The position numbers and the translations under genes were made by a program. 50,245 nucleotides of DNA from an uncultured Selenomonadales bacterium (lineage in GTDB: Bacteria; Bacillota; Negativicutes; Selenomonadales; Selenomonadaceae), in NCBI GenBank assembly GCA_937915725.1, contig CALGGV010000013.1, forward strand, positions 1 through 50,245, written 5' to 3'. Of the stretch, positions 27,140 to 35,272 are shown one piece after another. How positions within the stretch are numbered: position 1 is the first letter of the stretch; the number at the start of each line of letters is the position of its first letter. Below the pieces are notes generated by a model. The model was given only the letters and a program-made list of their open reading frames with translations, was not told the DNA's origin and ran no database searches.

Positions 27140-29332
27140 GTGGCAAAAATTATTAGCCAGACTAACGCTACGATGCTTTTTGAGGAAATTAATCCTGAAA
27201 AATTAGACTTGCTCACGTTAGTCGGCGATGTCAAAGGCTTTGACAGTTTGTCAGACGAAAAAATTAAGGAAATCCTGGAAACTCTTTGTGTAAAAAATTT
27301 TGATGAGTTCATTGAAAAATTTGATCCCGTTGTTTATTCTTTCTTCAACGCAAACACACAAAAAGTTATGTACACCTTGAAAAAGCCGGAGTCAATACCG
27401 GACGATCTTTTGACTGAAATTCATTTGAATTTGCAAAATGATTTTCTTAGAATGTTGCTTACGCTTGTTGATGCAAAACGTTCTCAAGGTTTACTCAATG
27501 TCGATTTTAAATTTGAAAATTTGACAGATTTAATTTCGCCCCACAAAATTATTGAAGATATTAAGCAAAATCGTAAAGAATTGCGCTATACTTATTCGCA
27601 GTACGTACAACTTGATGACGACGACCCCAAAAAGTTGGATATTGGCGATAAGCTTAACATTATGATGGAAGAGGCTAGCGTCAACTACAATAATGTTATG
27701 GCAATGTTGCCTTTGGCGATTGAGGATATTAAAACGCGGCTGTTACTTTCAAGCGGTGGCGGCGGCGGCGATTCTGCTCCACTTGCATTGGGCGTCTTGA
27801 CTATGGGCGAACAGGGCGAATTGAAAGTTATCGAGGCTCCTAAAGAAGAAAAATCCACTGCCCTTGTTACACTTGATGATAAAGTGAATGAAGGCTTAAT
27901 TGAAGTTATCGGCGAAGATTACGAGGCACTCAACGAAGAAAATCACAACGATTACGTTAAAGCACTTGTAACGCGCACTTTCTGTCCTTTGCCTTCAACT
28001 ATGGTTAGTGAAATTGATATTGCAAAAGAAGTTGAAAATTATAACGCCTATCTGCAATTCTACAAAGAATCTAAAGACGATTTCATTAAAACTGTTAAAC
28101 CGCTGATTGAAAAAATTCTCGGCGTCAGACTTTTCTTTGAACAATATCCTTCAAAATTGCGCGGTATGAGACCAACTTTGCTTATCACAAATATTAGCAA
28201 TGAAATGATGGCTAAGGCTCCAAATATTCCGCGCCTTGTTACTTATCTTAACACTGTAAACGGCAAAAATAATTTTGACAATACAATTTGGTATGCTATT
28301 TTCCCGTCGGTTGCATTTGATGCAGGCAGTAAACCTAAATTGACTCGTCAAAGATTTAAAGGCAATGACGCGCCTACAAATACCAATGTTCACAGCGTTG
28401 AATCCTTAACCAGAATTTTGGACGTTTTAAAAGATTTCCGTATTCAATGTTTCTTCAGTTTCGCCTCAAATGAAAAAAATACTTTCAACGCAATGGCTAC
28501 TGAAGGTATTGAAAAATATATTGATAAATCTTTGCCGCTTACGGCTAAGGCGTTCAGTGAATTTGCTATTCCTTGTTTCCCTAACTTTACTATAATTCCA
28601 AAAGATAAATCCGGCGTTGTTCTTGATACAAAAATGGAAGTCAACGAAAATAATTTGGCTGAAATTTCAAAGGCAAAACAGGATATTATGAAACTTTGGA
28701 TTGACGGCGTTTACGTTGGCGCGGCTTATGTTGCCGCCGGGCTTGTTGCTACTTATCAAGACCCGGAATATCTGAAAATGATTTTCCGTCGTAATATTGA
28801 TAATGAATTGCCGGGCGTTCGTTTCGATATTGAAACCGGCGATAATTCACTTTTGGTTTACACCACGCTTGCCAAAGAAATTACCGGCTTTACCAATCCT
28901 ATCAAAGACGAAATTAACAAAAAATGTTTCGGCTTTGTATTCTCTTCAGAAAATGCAATGTTTAACGGAATGCCAATTACAAACGTTATGGTTTACAAGT
29001 CCAGAAACTTGCTTTACGATGAAGATAACGGCGTTTACGAGCCAATTTATAAAACTCAAGTCACAACTTATATTCAAAGAGTTTTGCGCAATATGTCCAG
29101 CGATTTCAAACAAGATAAAATTGTGCGTTTCTTCAGCAGTAACCCCGCGTCGCAGTCCAGCAAATGGCTTGACAAACGCGAAAGACTCAATGCTATTATC
29201 GGTACCGGCGATGATATTTCTTACAATATTGACGAAGAAAACGGAATTTGCACTTTGAATATCACTTTCAATGGCAATGTTAAAAATCTTGAAATTGAAA
29301 CAAGCCGCACAACTTCTGCAAGACACGTTTAA
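27140..29332 (+). CDS. Contractile-sheath-like protein, apparent TssB(VipA)-TssC(VipB) fusion
   Basis: The N-terminal 170 aa or so carry LLTLVGDVKGF, VKNFDEFIEKFDPVVYSF and VDFKFENLTDLISPHKIIEDI. These are in the same order as the VipA motifs I recall (LLAIGDYT; IDKMTFDEVL; LRFKTLKDFEPENIVQQV). A Gly5 linker (27755-27769) follows, then about 520 aa collinear with remembered VipB landmarks. The call is by eye only. Confidence 0.5.
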   Translation: MAKIISQTNATMLFEEINPEKLDLLTLVGDVKGFDSLSDEKIKEILETLCVKNFDEFIEKFDPVVYSFFNANTQKVMYTLKKPESIPDDLLTEIHLNLQNDFLRMLLTLVDAKRSQGLLNVDFKFENLTDLISPHKIIEDIKQNRKELRYTYSQYVQLDDDDPKKLDIGDKLNIMMEEASVNYNNVMAMLPLAIEDIKTRLLLSSGGGGGDSAPLALGVLTMGEQGELKVIEAPKEEKSTALVTLDDKVNEGLIEVIGEDYEALNEENHNDYVKALVTRTFCPLPSTMVSEIDIAKEVENYNAYLQFYKESKDDFIKTVKPLIEKILGVRLFFEQYPSKLRGMRPTLLITNISNEMMAKAPNIPRLVTYLNTVNGKNNFDNTIWYAIFPSVAFDAGSKPKLTRQRFKGNDAPTNTNVHSVESLTRILDVLKDFRIQCFFSFASNEKNTFNAMATEGIEKYIDKSLPLTAKAFSEFAIPCFPNFTIIPKDKSGVVLDTKMEVNENNLAEISKAKQDIMKLWIDGVYVGAAYVAAGLVATYQDPEYLKMIFRRNIDNELPGVRFDIETGDNSLLVYTTLAKEITGFTNPIKDEINKKCFGFVFSSENAMFNGMPITNVMVYKSRNLLYDEDNGVYEPIYKTQVTTYIQRVLRNMSSDFKQDKIVRFFSSNPASQSSKWLDKRERLNAIIGTGDDISYNIDEENGICTLNITFNGNVKNLEIETSRTTSARHV

Positions 29333-29356
29333 TTTTGAAGTAGAGGGGTTTTTGAT

Positions 29357-29782
29357 ATGGGTTTTAGAGTTTCAATTACCGGCGGCAATGACGTTTCTTT
29401 TGACGAAGGGATTATTACCGGCGTAAACTTTATTTCAGATACGCCCGATAATGCAAATGCAAGATCAACAGACCTTAGCGTCATTATGAAAATTACCGGC
29501 AGAATTAATTTTTCACTCGGCGCAGAAATTAGCGATTCAACCGTTGAATTGGCAAATTGGGCGTTGATGCCTTCAGATCAAGCGGATTGTTACCGCAGTG
29601 TTGAAGTTCAAGTCATAAACGGCGGGCAAGTTGTACGCCAGTATACTTATCCTAACGCCTTTGTTATGGATTACACTGAAGATTTGAACGATGAAGAAGG
29701 CGTCGGTACTTTTACCATTTTGCTGAAACAAAAGAAAGATTTAACGGCAAAAGTGGAACTTAAAGGCAATTTTGAGGCATAA
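29357..29782 (+). CDS. Hcp/TssD-like tube protein candidate, paralog 1
   Basis: 141 aa. The pattern ...W.....YRSVEVQV..GGQVVRQYTYPNAFVMDYTEDLNDEEGVGTFTILLKQ resembles the Bacteroidetes-type TssD (PF17642) layout. It lies immediately downstream of the sheath-like gene. Confidence 0.45.
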   Translation: MGFRVSITGGNDVSFDEGIITGVNFISDTPDNANARSTDLSVIMKITGRINFSLGAEISDSTVELANWALMPSDQADCYRSVEVQVINGGQVVRQYTYPNAFVMDYTEDLNDEEGVGTFTILLKQKKDLTAKVELKGNFEA

Positions 29783-29797
29783 AGGCGGTGATTTTTT

Positions 29798-30223
29798 ATG
29801 GCATTGGCATTTTCTACGGCAGATCCCGAAATTACGCTTGAAGAAGAAAGTACTAAAAAAATTATTTTCAGAGTCGAAATTCCGCAAGACAGCCGCGCGC
29901 GTACAAAAGATGTTGGCGTAAGTTTAACTGTTATTGGAAAAATTATGGCTGATACTGCACAACTCGGCAACGCGGCTGACAGTACCGCAAAGCTTATGGA
30001 ATGGTCGGTTATTCCGGCAGAGAAAAAAGAGGCTTACCGCAGCGTTACCTTAAAAGTCACAAGCGGCGGAGTTGTTACGCGCCAATATGAACTTCCAAAC
30101 GCTTTTATTGTCGATTATCATGAAGATTTTGAAAGCGATGACGGTATTGGAGAATTTACGCTTGTTCTTAAGCAGATGAAAAATAAATTGGCTGATGTAA
30201 AAGTTACAGGCGGTTTCACCTGA
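29798..30223 (+). CDS. Hcp/TssD-like tube protein candidate, paralog 2
   Basis: 141 aa and clearly paralogous to 29357..29782 (YRSVTLKVTSGGVVTRQYELPNAFIVDYHEDFESDDGIGEFTLVLKQ). Confidence 0.45.
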   Translation: MALAFSTADPEITLEEESTKKIIFRVEIPQDSRARTKDVGVSLTVIGKIMADTAQLGNAADSTAKLMEWSVIPAEKKEAYRSVTLKVTSGGVVTRQYELPNAFIVDYHEDFESDDGIGEFTLVLKQMKNKLADVKVTGGFT

Positions 30224-30243
30224 TAAAAAAATTTTGCAAAAAA

Positions 30244-30278
30244 GGGAGACGGCTGAATTTTTTAATTCGCTGTCTCTT
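30244..30278 (+). terminator. Intra-operon hairpin (attenuator/partial terminator candidate) between the structural and accessory genes
   Basis: GGGAGAC GGCT GAATT tttt AATTC GCT GTCTCTT gives a stem of about 14 bp with one bulge, followed by a weak U-tract (TATTGT). Confidence 0.35.
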
Positions 30279-30301
30279 ATTGTATGGAGAGAATTTAATT
30301 T

Positions 30302-30784
30302 ATGAATTATTATGAAATTCTCGGAGTGGACAGACAGGCAACGGCTCAAGAAATAAAAAAAGCGTATAAAAAGTTGGCGAAAAAGTGGCACCCCGATTTA
30401 AATCGTGACGACCCAAAAACCGCTGAACAAAAAATGAAAGAAATTAATGTTGCTTACACTACCCTTTCAGATGAAGTTGCCAGAATTGACTACAACAAAA
30501 AACTTGACGCCGAAAAGGCAAATTCTGAACATTCTACAAAAACTAAAAAATCTGACGCTCATAAAACCGGAACTGCCAAAAAATCTTCCACCGGTACTTC
30601 AACTGCAGGGGTTAATTTTAAAAATATTCACTCCAGTTTTGAAACTTTTTTCGGTTTTAATCCTAAAACGCACGAAGTTACAAATGAAGATAAATTAAAT
30701 ACATTTTCTGCAAATAAGAAAAAGAAAAATCCGCTTGATACAACAGATTTTTTTGAAAAGTTTATGGGCTTTAAAGTTAAATGA
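30302..30784 (+). CDS. J-domain (DnaJ-like) protein with a Lys/Thr-rich tail
   Basis: [33 protein letters not shown] contains the HPD motif. It has no zinc-finger or C-terminal DnaJ domains. Confidence 0.85.
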   Translation: MNYYEILGVDRQATAQEIKKAYKKLAKKWHPDLNRDDPKTAEQKMKEINVAYTTLSDEVARIDYNKKLDAEKANSEHSTKTKKSDAHKTGTAKKSSTGTSTAGVNFKNIHSSFETFFGFNPKTHEVTNEDKLNTFSANKKKKNPLDTTDFFEKFMGFKVK

Positions 30785-31320
30785 CACGGTACGATTTTTA
30801 TACGGCTTTAATCGGCATCATCAGTGTATTTTTTTCGCTTGCAATTTATTTCGGCGAAATTAATTTTTATGCAAAAATTTTTCTGATAATTTGCGGCGCG
30901 GCGATTTTTTCTCATTCGACTTTTACTTTGTATCGCATCTTGAAAGAAAAAAATTCTGCGCAAGAAAATTTTTACTCAAAAAATATCAGTCAAATTTCCC
31001 TGTTGAATCAAAAAGGCGAAATTATTTCTTCATGGGAACTTTATGGCAAAAATTCGGCGGTTATCGGAAAAGACTTTGGAGAAAATCAAGTTGATATAGA
31101 TTTAAGCGAAACTCCATACGCGGCAATGATTGATATTGAACACGCGGTTTTAAATTACGCGGACGGGAATTGGTACATTGAAGACTTGGACAGCCAAAAC
31201 GGTATTTCAATAAAAAAATTCGGGCAGGAAGAAATTTATAAATTAAGTTCGTCGCAGCCTTGCAAATTAGATTTTGGCGATATTATTTTTATTGGTGTTT
31301 GCCAACTAAAATTGAATTAG
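30781..31320 (+). CDS. Membrane-anchored FHA-domain protein
   Basis: Two N-terminal hydrophobic helices, then an FHA-like core (SAVIGKD...[30 protein letters not shown]). ATGA overlap with the J-domain gene. Confidence 0.7.
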   Translation: MTRYDFYTALIGIISVFFSLAIYFGEINFYAKIFLIICGAAIFSHSTFTLYRILKEKNSAQENFYSKNISQISLLNQKGEIISSWELYGKNSAVIGKDFGENQVDIDLSETPYAAMIDIEHAVLNYADGNWYIEDLDSQNGISIKKFGQEEIYKLSSSQPCKLDFGDIIFIGVCQLKLN

Positions 31321-31332
31321 AGAGGAATTTTT

Positions 31333-31875
31333 ATGAACGGTTTAATTCGCTGTCAAAACGGGCATCTTTTCAGCTCCCGCCGTTACGGTACAATTTGCCC
31401 TTATTGCAACCTTGAAACTGCGACGCCGGAAAAAAAAGAAGTACCTGTGACGGACGAAGAAACTATAAACGCGCTTTTAATGAGTAATATTCGCCCTGTT
31501 TGCGGCTGGATTGTTTGCATTGAAGGCGCACGCAAGGGCAAAGATTACAAAATTCACGCCGGAAAAAATTTTGTCGGTCGCGCAGATGATATGGATATTC
31601 AAATTTTGGGCGATAACGCAATATCCCGCCGCAACCACGCAGTTTTAGTTTACGACCCCAAAAAACATGAAACAGTTTTGTTGCCCGGCGATTCAAACGG
31701 AATTGTTTATTTGAATGACGCGGCTTTATATTCGCCGACAGTTTTGAGCGTTTATGATGTTATCGAACTTGGCAACAGCAAATTTTTATTTATTCCGTTT
31801 TGCGGCGATCATTTTCGCTGGGAAGATTTACCGGAGCAAGACGATAAAAATTATTTGCAGTACGGAAAGGAATAA
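31333..31875 (+). CDS. Zinc-ribbon plus FHA-domain protein
   Basis: N-terminal C..H...CPYC ribbon, and an FHA core (NFVGRADDMDIQILGDNAISRRNHAVLVYDPKKHETVLLPGDSNGIVYLND). Confidence 0.7.
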   Translation: MNGLIRCQNGHLFSSRRYGTICPYCNLETATPEKKEVPVTDEETINALLMSNIRPVCGWIVCIEGARKGKDYKIHAGKNFVGRADDMDIQILGDNAISRRNHAVLVYDPKKHETVLLPGDSNGIVYLNDAALYSPTVLSVYDVIELGNSKFLFIPFCGDHFRWEDLPEQDDKNYLQYGKE

Positions 31876-31880
31876 TTTTA

Positions 31881-32702
31881 ATGGCGGATATTTTAATTCC
31901 GGCATTTCTTTTTTTGTGTATGGCGGCTTTACATTTTTTGAGAAAAAAAGAAATTTCAACGCCTAAAAATTTTTCTGCAGAATATGAAATTGGCGCGGCG
32001 TCAACTTTCGGCACTCGTGAAATTCAACAAGATTATTTTGGCATAAAGAAAAATAACGGCGTTTTGTTAATGACATTGGCGGACGGTATTGGAGCCGACG
32101 GCGAATTTGCGGCAAAATTGGCTGTCGATACTTTCAGAGATTTATTTGAAAAAGAAAATGCAATTATAAAGCCGCAATATTTTTTTAAACGCGCCGCCAA
32201 TGCCGCTCACAAAAAAATTACAAACACTTTGGAAGAACGGCAAGGCGAAAGTTCAATAGCCGCCGTAATTTTGAAGGACGCGCAATTTTTTTATACTGTA
32301 GTTGGAAATTGCCGCGTTGCAGTTTTTAGGGGCGGCGATTTAGTTCCGGTTTCTGAAGGACAAACTATCGATATTTTGGCAAGACACAGTTACAGCGAAG
32401 GAAAAATTTCAAGGCAAGAAACTTTGGAATTGCTTAATAAACACCGCAGTTATAATTTTTTGGGGCAAGATTCTTTTTCTGAAATTGAATTTTTGAGCAA
32501 GCCGATTGCACTGCAAAAAAAAGATATGCTTGTAATTATGAGCGAAGGAATTTTTAACACTTTACGTTGGGTTGAAATTGAATCCGTCTTGGAAAGAAAT
32601 TTTTCAGCCCAAAATACAGCAGATGAAATTATTAAACTTGTGAATAATTCGCCGATAGTTTCAAAAGACAACGCCACAATTTTAATTTGTCGTTGTCAAT
32701 AA
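31881..32702 (+). CDS. PP2C-family Ser/Thr phosphatase with an N-terminal TM helix
   Basis: LADGIGADGEFAAKLAVDTF, VVGNCRVAVFRGGDLVPVSEGQT, VIMSEGIF and DNATILICR match the PPM motif order. Confidence 0.75.
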   Translation: MADILIPAFLFLCMAALHFLRKKEISTPKNFSAEYEIGAASTFGTREIQQDYFGIKKNNGVLLMTLADGIGADGEFAAKLAVDTFRDLFEKENAIIKPQYFFKRAANAAHKKITNTLEERQGESSIAAVILKDAQFFYTVVGNCRVAVFRGGDLVPVSEGQTIDILARHSYSEGKISRQETLELLNKHRSYNFLGQDSFSEIEFLSKPIALQKKDMLVIMSEGIFNTLRWVEIESVLERNFSAQNTADEIIKLVNNSPIVSKDNATILICRCQ

Positions 32703-33116
32703 TTTAAATTTCAATTCTACGCCGCCTAAAATCGCCGTGAAAGTGTCTTGAAGAATTTTTAGGATTTTTTTACAAAATTTTATTTTATTAACAAGTCGGC
32801 ATTTTAAAACGCCTAGCAAAGAAAGAATCTTTCGCCCTGCAGGTAAAAACGGAGTGCAGCGGGCGTCCTTCGATACTTCAAATATTAAATTTGTAAATAT
32901 ACTCTAAGTAATTTCCTTAAAAAATTTTAAATCCTTTAAATTTTGATTTTAGTGCGTGGAATTTGGCAATAAAATTTTCCAATTTCAGTAACTTAAATTT
33001 CAATTCTACGCCGCCTAAAATTGACGAGAATGTGTCTTGAAAATTTTTTACATAAAATTTACCTTAAAAAATTTTTAAACCCCTTAAATTTTGATTTTAG
33101 CGCGTGTAAAGGTTTA
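32703..33116 (+). repeat. Tandem duplication of a roughly 115-nt segment; the first copy is interrupted by a MITE-like element
   Basis: ttaaatttcaattctacgccgcctaaaat...gtgtcttgaa occurs at 32703 and 32993. ccttaaaaaatttt..aaattttgattttagYgcgtg occurs at 32925 and 33062. The segments are contiguous in copy 2 but separated by the element in copy 1. Confidence 0.7.
32757..32908 (+). repeat. MITE-like structured repeat copy inside the sheath-like operon
   Basis: taggatttttttacaaaatttt...ttaacaagtcggcatttt...cggagtgcagcgggcg...aaatttgtaaatatactctaag. Confidence 0.6.
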
Positions 33117-35264
33117 ATGATGAGAAAATCCAACAGCATTTTTAAAACGGCATTTGTATCGGAGGCGGGCGCGGAACTTGCCAACAATGATTATTTTGCT
33201 TATGTTGAAGATGATGATTTTGCTTGCTACGTTTTGGCGTCGGGCATTACTGATTTTGAAACTTCAGAGGCGGCAAAGGAAGTTGTTGAACATTTAATCT
33301 TGAGTTTTGAAGAAAAGCCGAGTATGTCAAAATCAACTCTTTTGCAATATATGAACGAAACTAACGAAAGACTTTTGAACAGCACTCACTCGCGCAGATT
33401 AAAAGCCTCCGTGATAATGTTGGTTACGGATTATGAAAAATTTCGGTACGTTGCTGCCGGTAATGTCCGCTTGCGAATGTACCGGCAGGGACGTTTTTTT
33501 TTGAAATCTTCGGATATGTCGTTGGCGAATGATTTAATCGAAAAGGGCGAAAGTTATACCCCGCTTGATAAACATGAGGAACGGCATAATTTATACGCTT
33601 ATCTTGGCAAAAAAGATTTTTTTAAGCCTTTTATTTCAAAAGTTCAGAAATTGGCGGACGCAGATATTATTTCTTTGTATTCGCAGGGCTTGTGGGAACA
33701 TGTTGACGAACAAGAAATTGACGAAGTTTTTGCAGAGGCATCGGATAAGCCTCAAGAATCCGTTGATTTTTTGGAAGAAATTTTACTTTCACGTCAGCCG
33801 GAAAATCTGAAAAGTTACACTGTAGCCGCAATTTTTATAGATAAAATTTTTCGTGACCCCGAACGCGAAAGAAAACGTTTGCTTTACATAAAAATTGCCG
33901 TCATTATTATTATCATTCTCATTATAGTGGCAATTATTTTTTATATTTTGGACAGAATTTATCAAGACAAAGTACAAGATTTTGAAAGTACAATGCAACA
34001 ATCGCAAGAATTTATGGCGAATGGAAATTATAAACGTGCGCAAGAAGTTTCAAAAAAAGCTCTGGATTTAGCGCAGGAATTGAAACGCAATGAAGACGTA
34101 AAAAATATACAAGAAGACTTGATGATTTTAGATAATATTGTACAGGCTGATATTGCCTACAATGAAAAAAATTATTCGCTGGCATATGAAGATTATATGA
34201 ATGCTCTGAAATATTCTTCCGGAACTGATAAAGAAATTCGCAATTACATTCAACGCCGTTTGCATATGATTGAAAATCGGCTGGATATTCAGCAATTTCT
34301 GTTGTTGGGCGATTATCTTTTTCAAAATGGCGAATACGACGAGGCAGAATCTTTATATTTGAAGGCGATTGAGAGAGCCTCAACAGTCCACGATAACGAA
34401 GGGCGAAATAGCGCAACAGCCGCGCTTGAAAAAGTTTATGATAAACGCGCTGAACTGCGCAAAGACGCCGAGCAAAAATTAGACGCCAAAAAACAAGCCG
34501 CCTTGAATGACGCACTAAAAAGAGGCGATGATTTATTGGCGGCGGGCGATATTGAGGGCGCAGAAAAAGCTTATCGTGACGCAAGAAACCTTTCAGATAA
34601 TCCTGCAGACCGTACACAAACGGACGCGGCATTGAATAAAATTAATTCAGCACGTGACGACAAGTTGAATAACGCTGTACAAGCCGCGCTGAAAAAAGGC
34701 GATGATTTATTGGCGGCGGGCGATATTGACGGCGCAGAAAAAGCCTATCTTGACGCAAGAAACCTTTCAGATAATCCTGAAGTAAGAATTCAAACAAATG
34801 AAGGCTTAGGAAAAGTTGCAGAGGCGCGGGATAAAAAAATTTTGGAAGAAAGAACTACAGCTGAAGAACGCCAAAAACTTTTTGATGACGCTGTACAAAC
34901 TGAACTTAAGGGCGATTCTGCCTTTGAATCCGGCGATTACGCCTCCGCGCAAATGTACTATATGACGGCTATTGAAAAATTCAGCAATTTATCTGAAGAG
35001 CCAAAAGTTAAAGCTATTCAAAATAAATTCGACGCGTCTAAATCTAAAGAAACTGAATCACACTCTCAAAAAGCAGACGCCGAAAAAGCTGAAGAAAACG
35101 CCCGCAATTTCTACATTGAGAAAAATTTTGCAGAGGCACAGGCGGCGGCAACTCAAGCTAAACAACTTTACAGCGAACTCGGCATGAAGAGTAAAGTTGA
35201 CGAAATGGATATTTTACTTCAACAAATTGCCGTTGACTCTATGATTTCTGATTCCTTAAAGTAG
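33117..35264 (+). CDS. PP2C-like (possibly degenerate) domain, TM helix and helical-repeat (TPR-like) protein
   Basis: The ATG at 33117 lies just past the duplicated segment. The N-terminal domain follows PP2C order but reads ASGITD where DGMGG is expected. TM helix IAVIIIIILIIVAIIFYIL. The C-terminal helical repeats include a near-identical 58-aa duplication. Confidence 0.6.
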   Translation: MMRKSNSIFKTAFVSEAGAELANNDYFAYVEDDDFACYVLASGITDFETSEAAKEVVEHLILSFEEKPSMSKSTLLQYMNETNERLLNSTHSRRLKASVIMLVTDYEKFRYVAAGNVRLRMYRQGRFFLKSSDMSLANDLIEKGESYTPLDKHEERHNLYAYLGKKDFFKPFISKVQKLADADIISLYSQGLWEHVDEQEIDEVFAEASDKPQESVDFLEEILLSRQPENLKSYTVAAIFIDKIFRDPERERKRLLYIKIAVIIIIILIIVAIIFYILDRIYQDKVQDFESTMQQSQEFMANGNYKRAQEVSKKALDLAQELKRNEDVKNIQEDLMILDNIVQADIAYNEKNYSLAYEDYMNALKYSSGTDKEIRNYIQRRLHMIENRLDIQQFLLLGDYLFQNGEYDEAESLYLKAIERASTVHDNEGRNSATAALEKVYDKRAELRKDAEQKLDAKKQAALNDALKRGDDLLAAGDIEGAEKAYRDARNLSDNPADRTQTDAALNKINSARDDKLNNAVQAALKKGDDLLAAGDIDGAEKAYLDARNLSDNPEVRIQTNEGLGKVAEARDKKILEERTTAEERQKLFDDAVQTELKGDSAFESGDYASAQMYYMTAIEKFSNLSEEPKVKAIQNKFDASKSKETESHSQKADAEKAEENARNFYIEKNFAEAQAAATQAKQLYSELGMKSKVDEMDILLQQIAVDSMISDSLK

Positions 35265-35272
35265 GTTAAGTT

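Noticed and set aside
27752-27775. The GGT GGC GGC GGC GGC repeat as a slippage-prone or phase-variable tract
   Set aside because: It is a trinucleotide repeat in frame, so length changes would only alter linker length. I interpret it simply as an inter-domain Gly linker.
32703-33110. Possible CRISPR-like repeats: ttaaatttcaattctacgccgcctaaaat occurs twice, 290 nt apart
   Set aside because: The sequence that follows each copy is also duplicated. The spacing is explained by a MITE insertion into one copy of a 115-nt duplication.
33021-33116. The 5' extension of the PP2C-like gene (listed start 33021)
   Set aside because: It lies wholly within the duplicated intergenic segment, whose other copy is non-coding. 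The ATG at 33117 follows the duplication directly.
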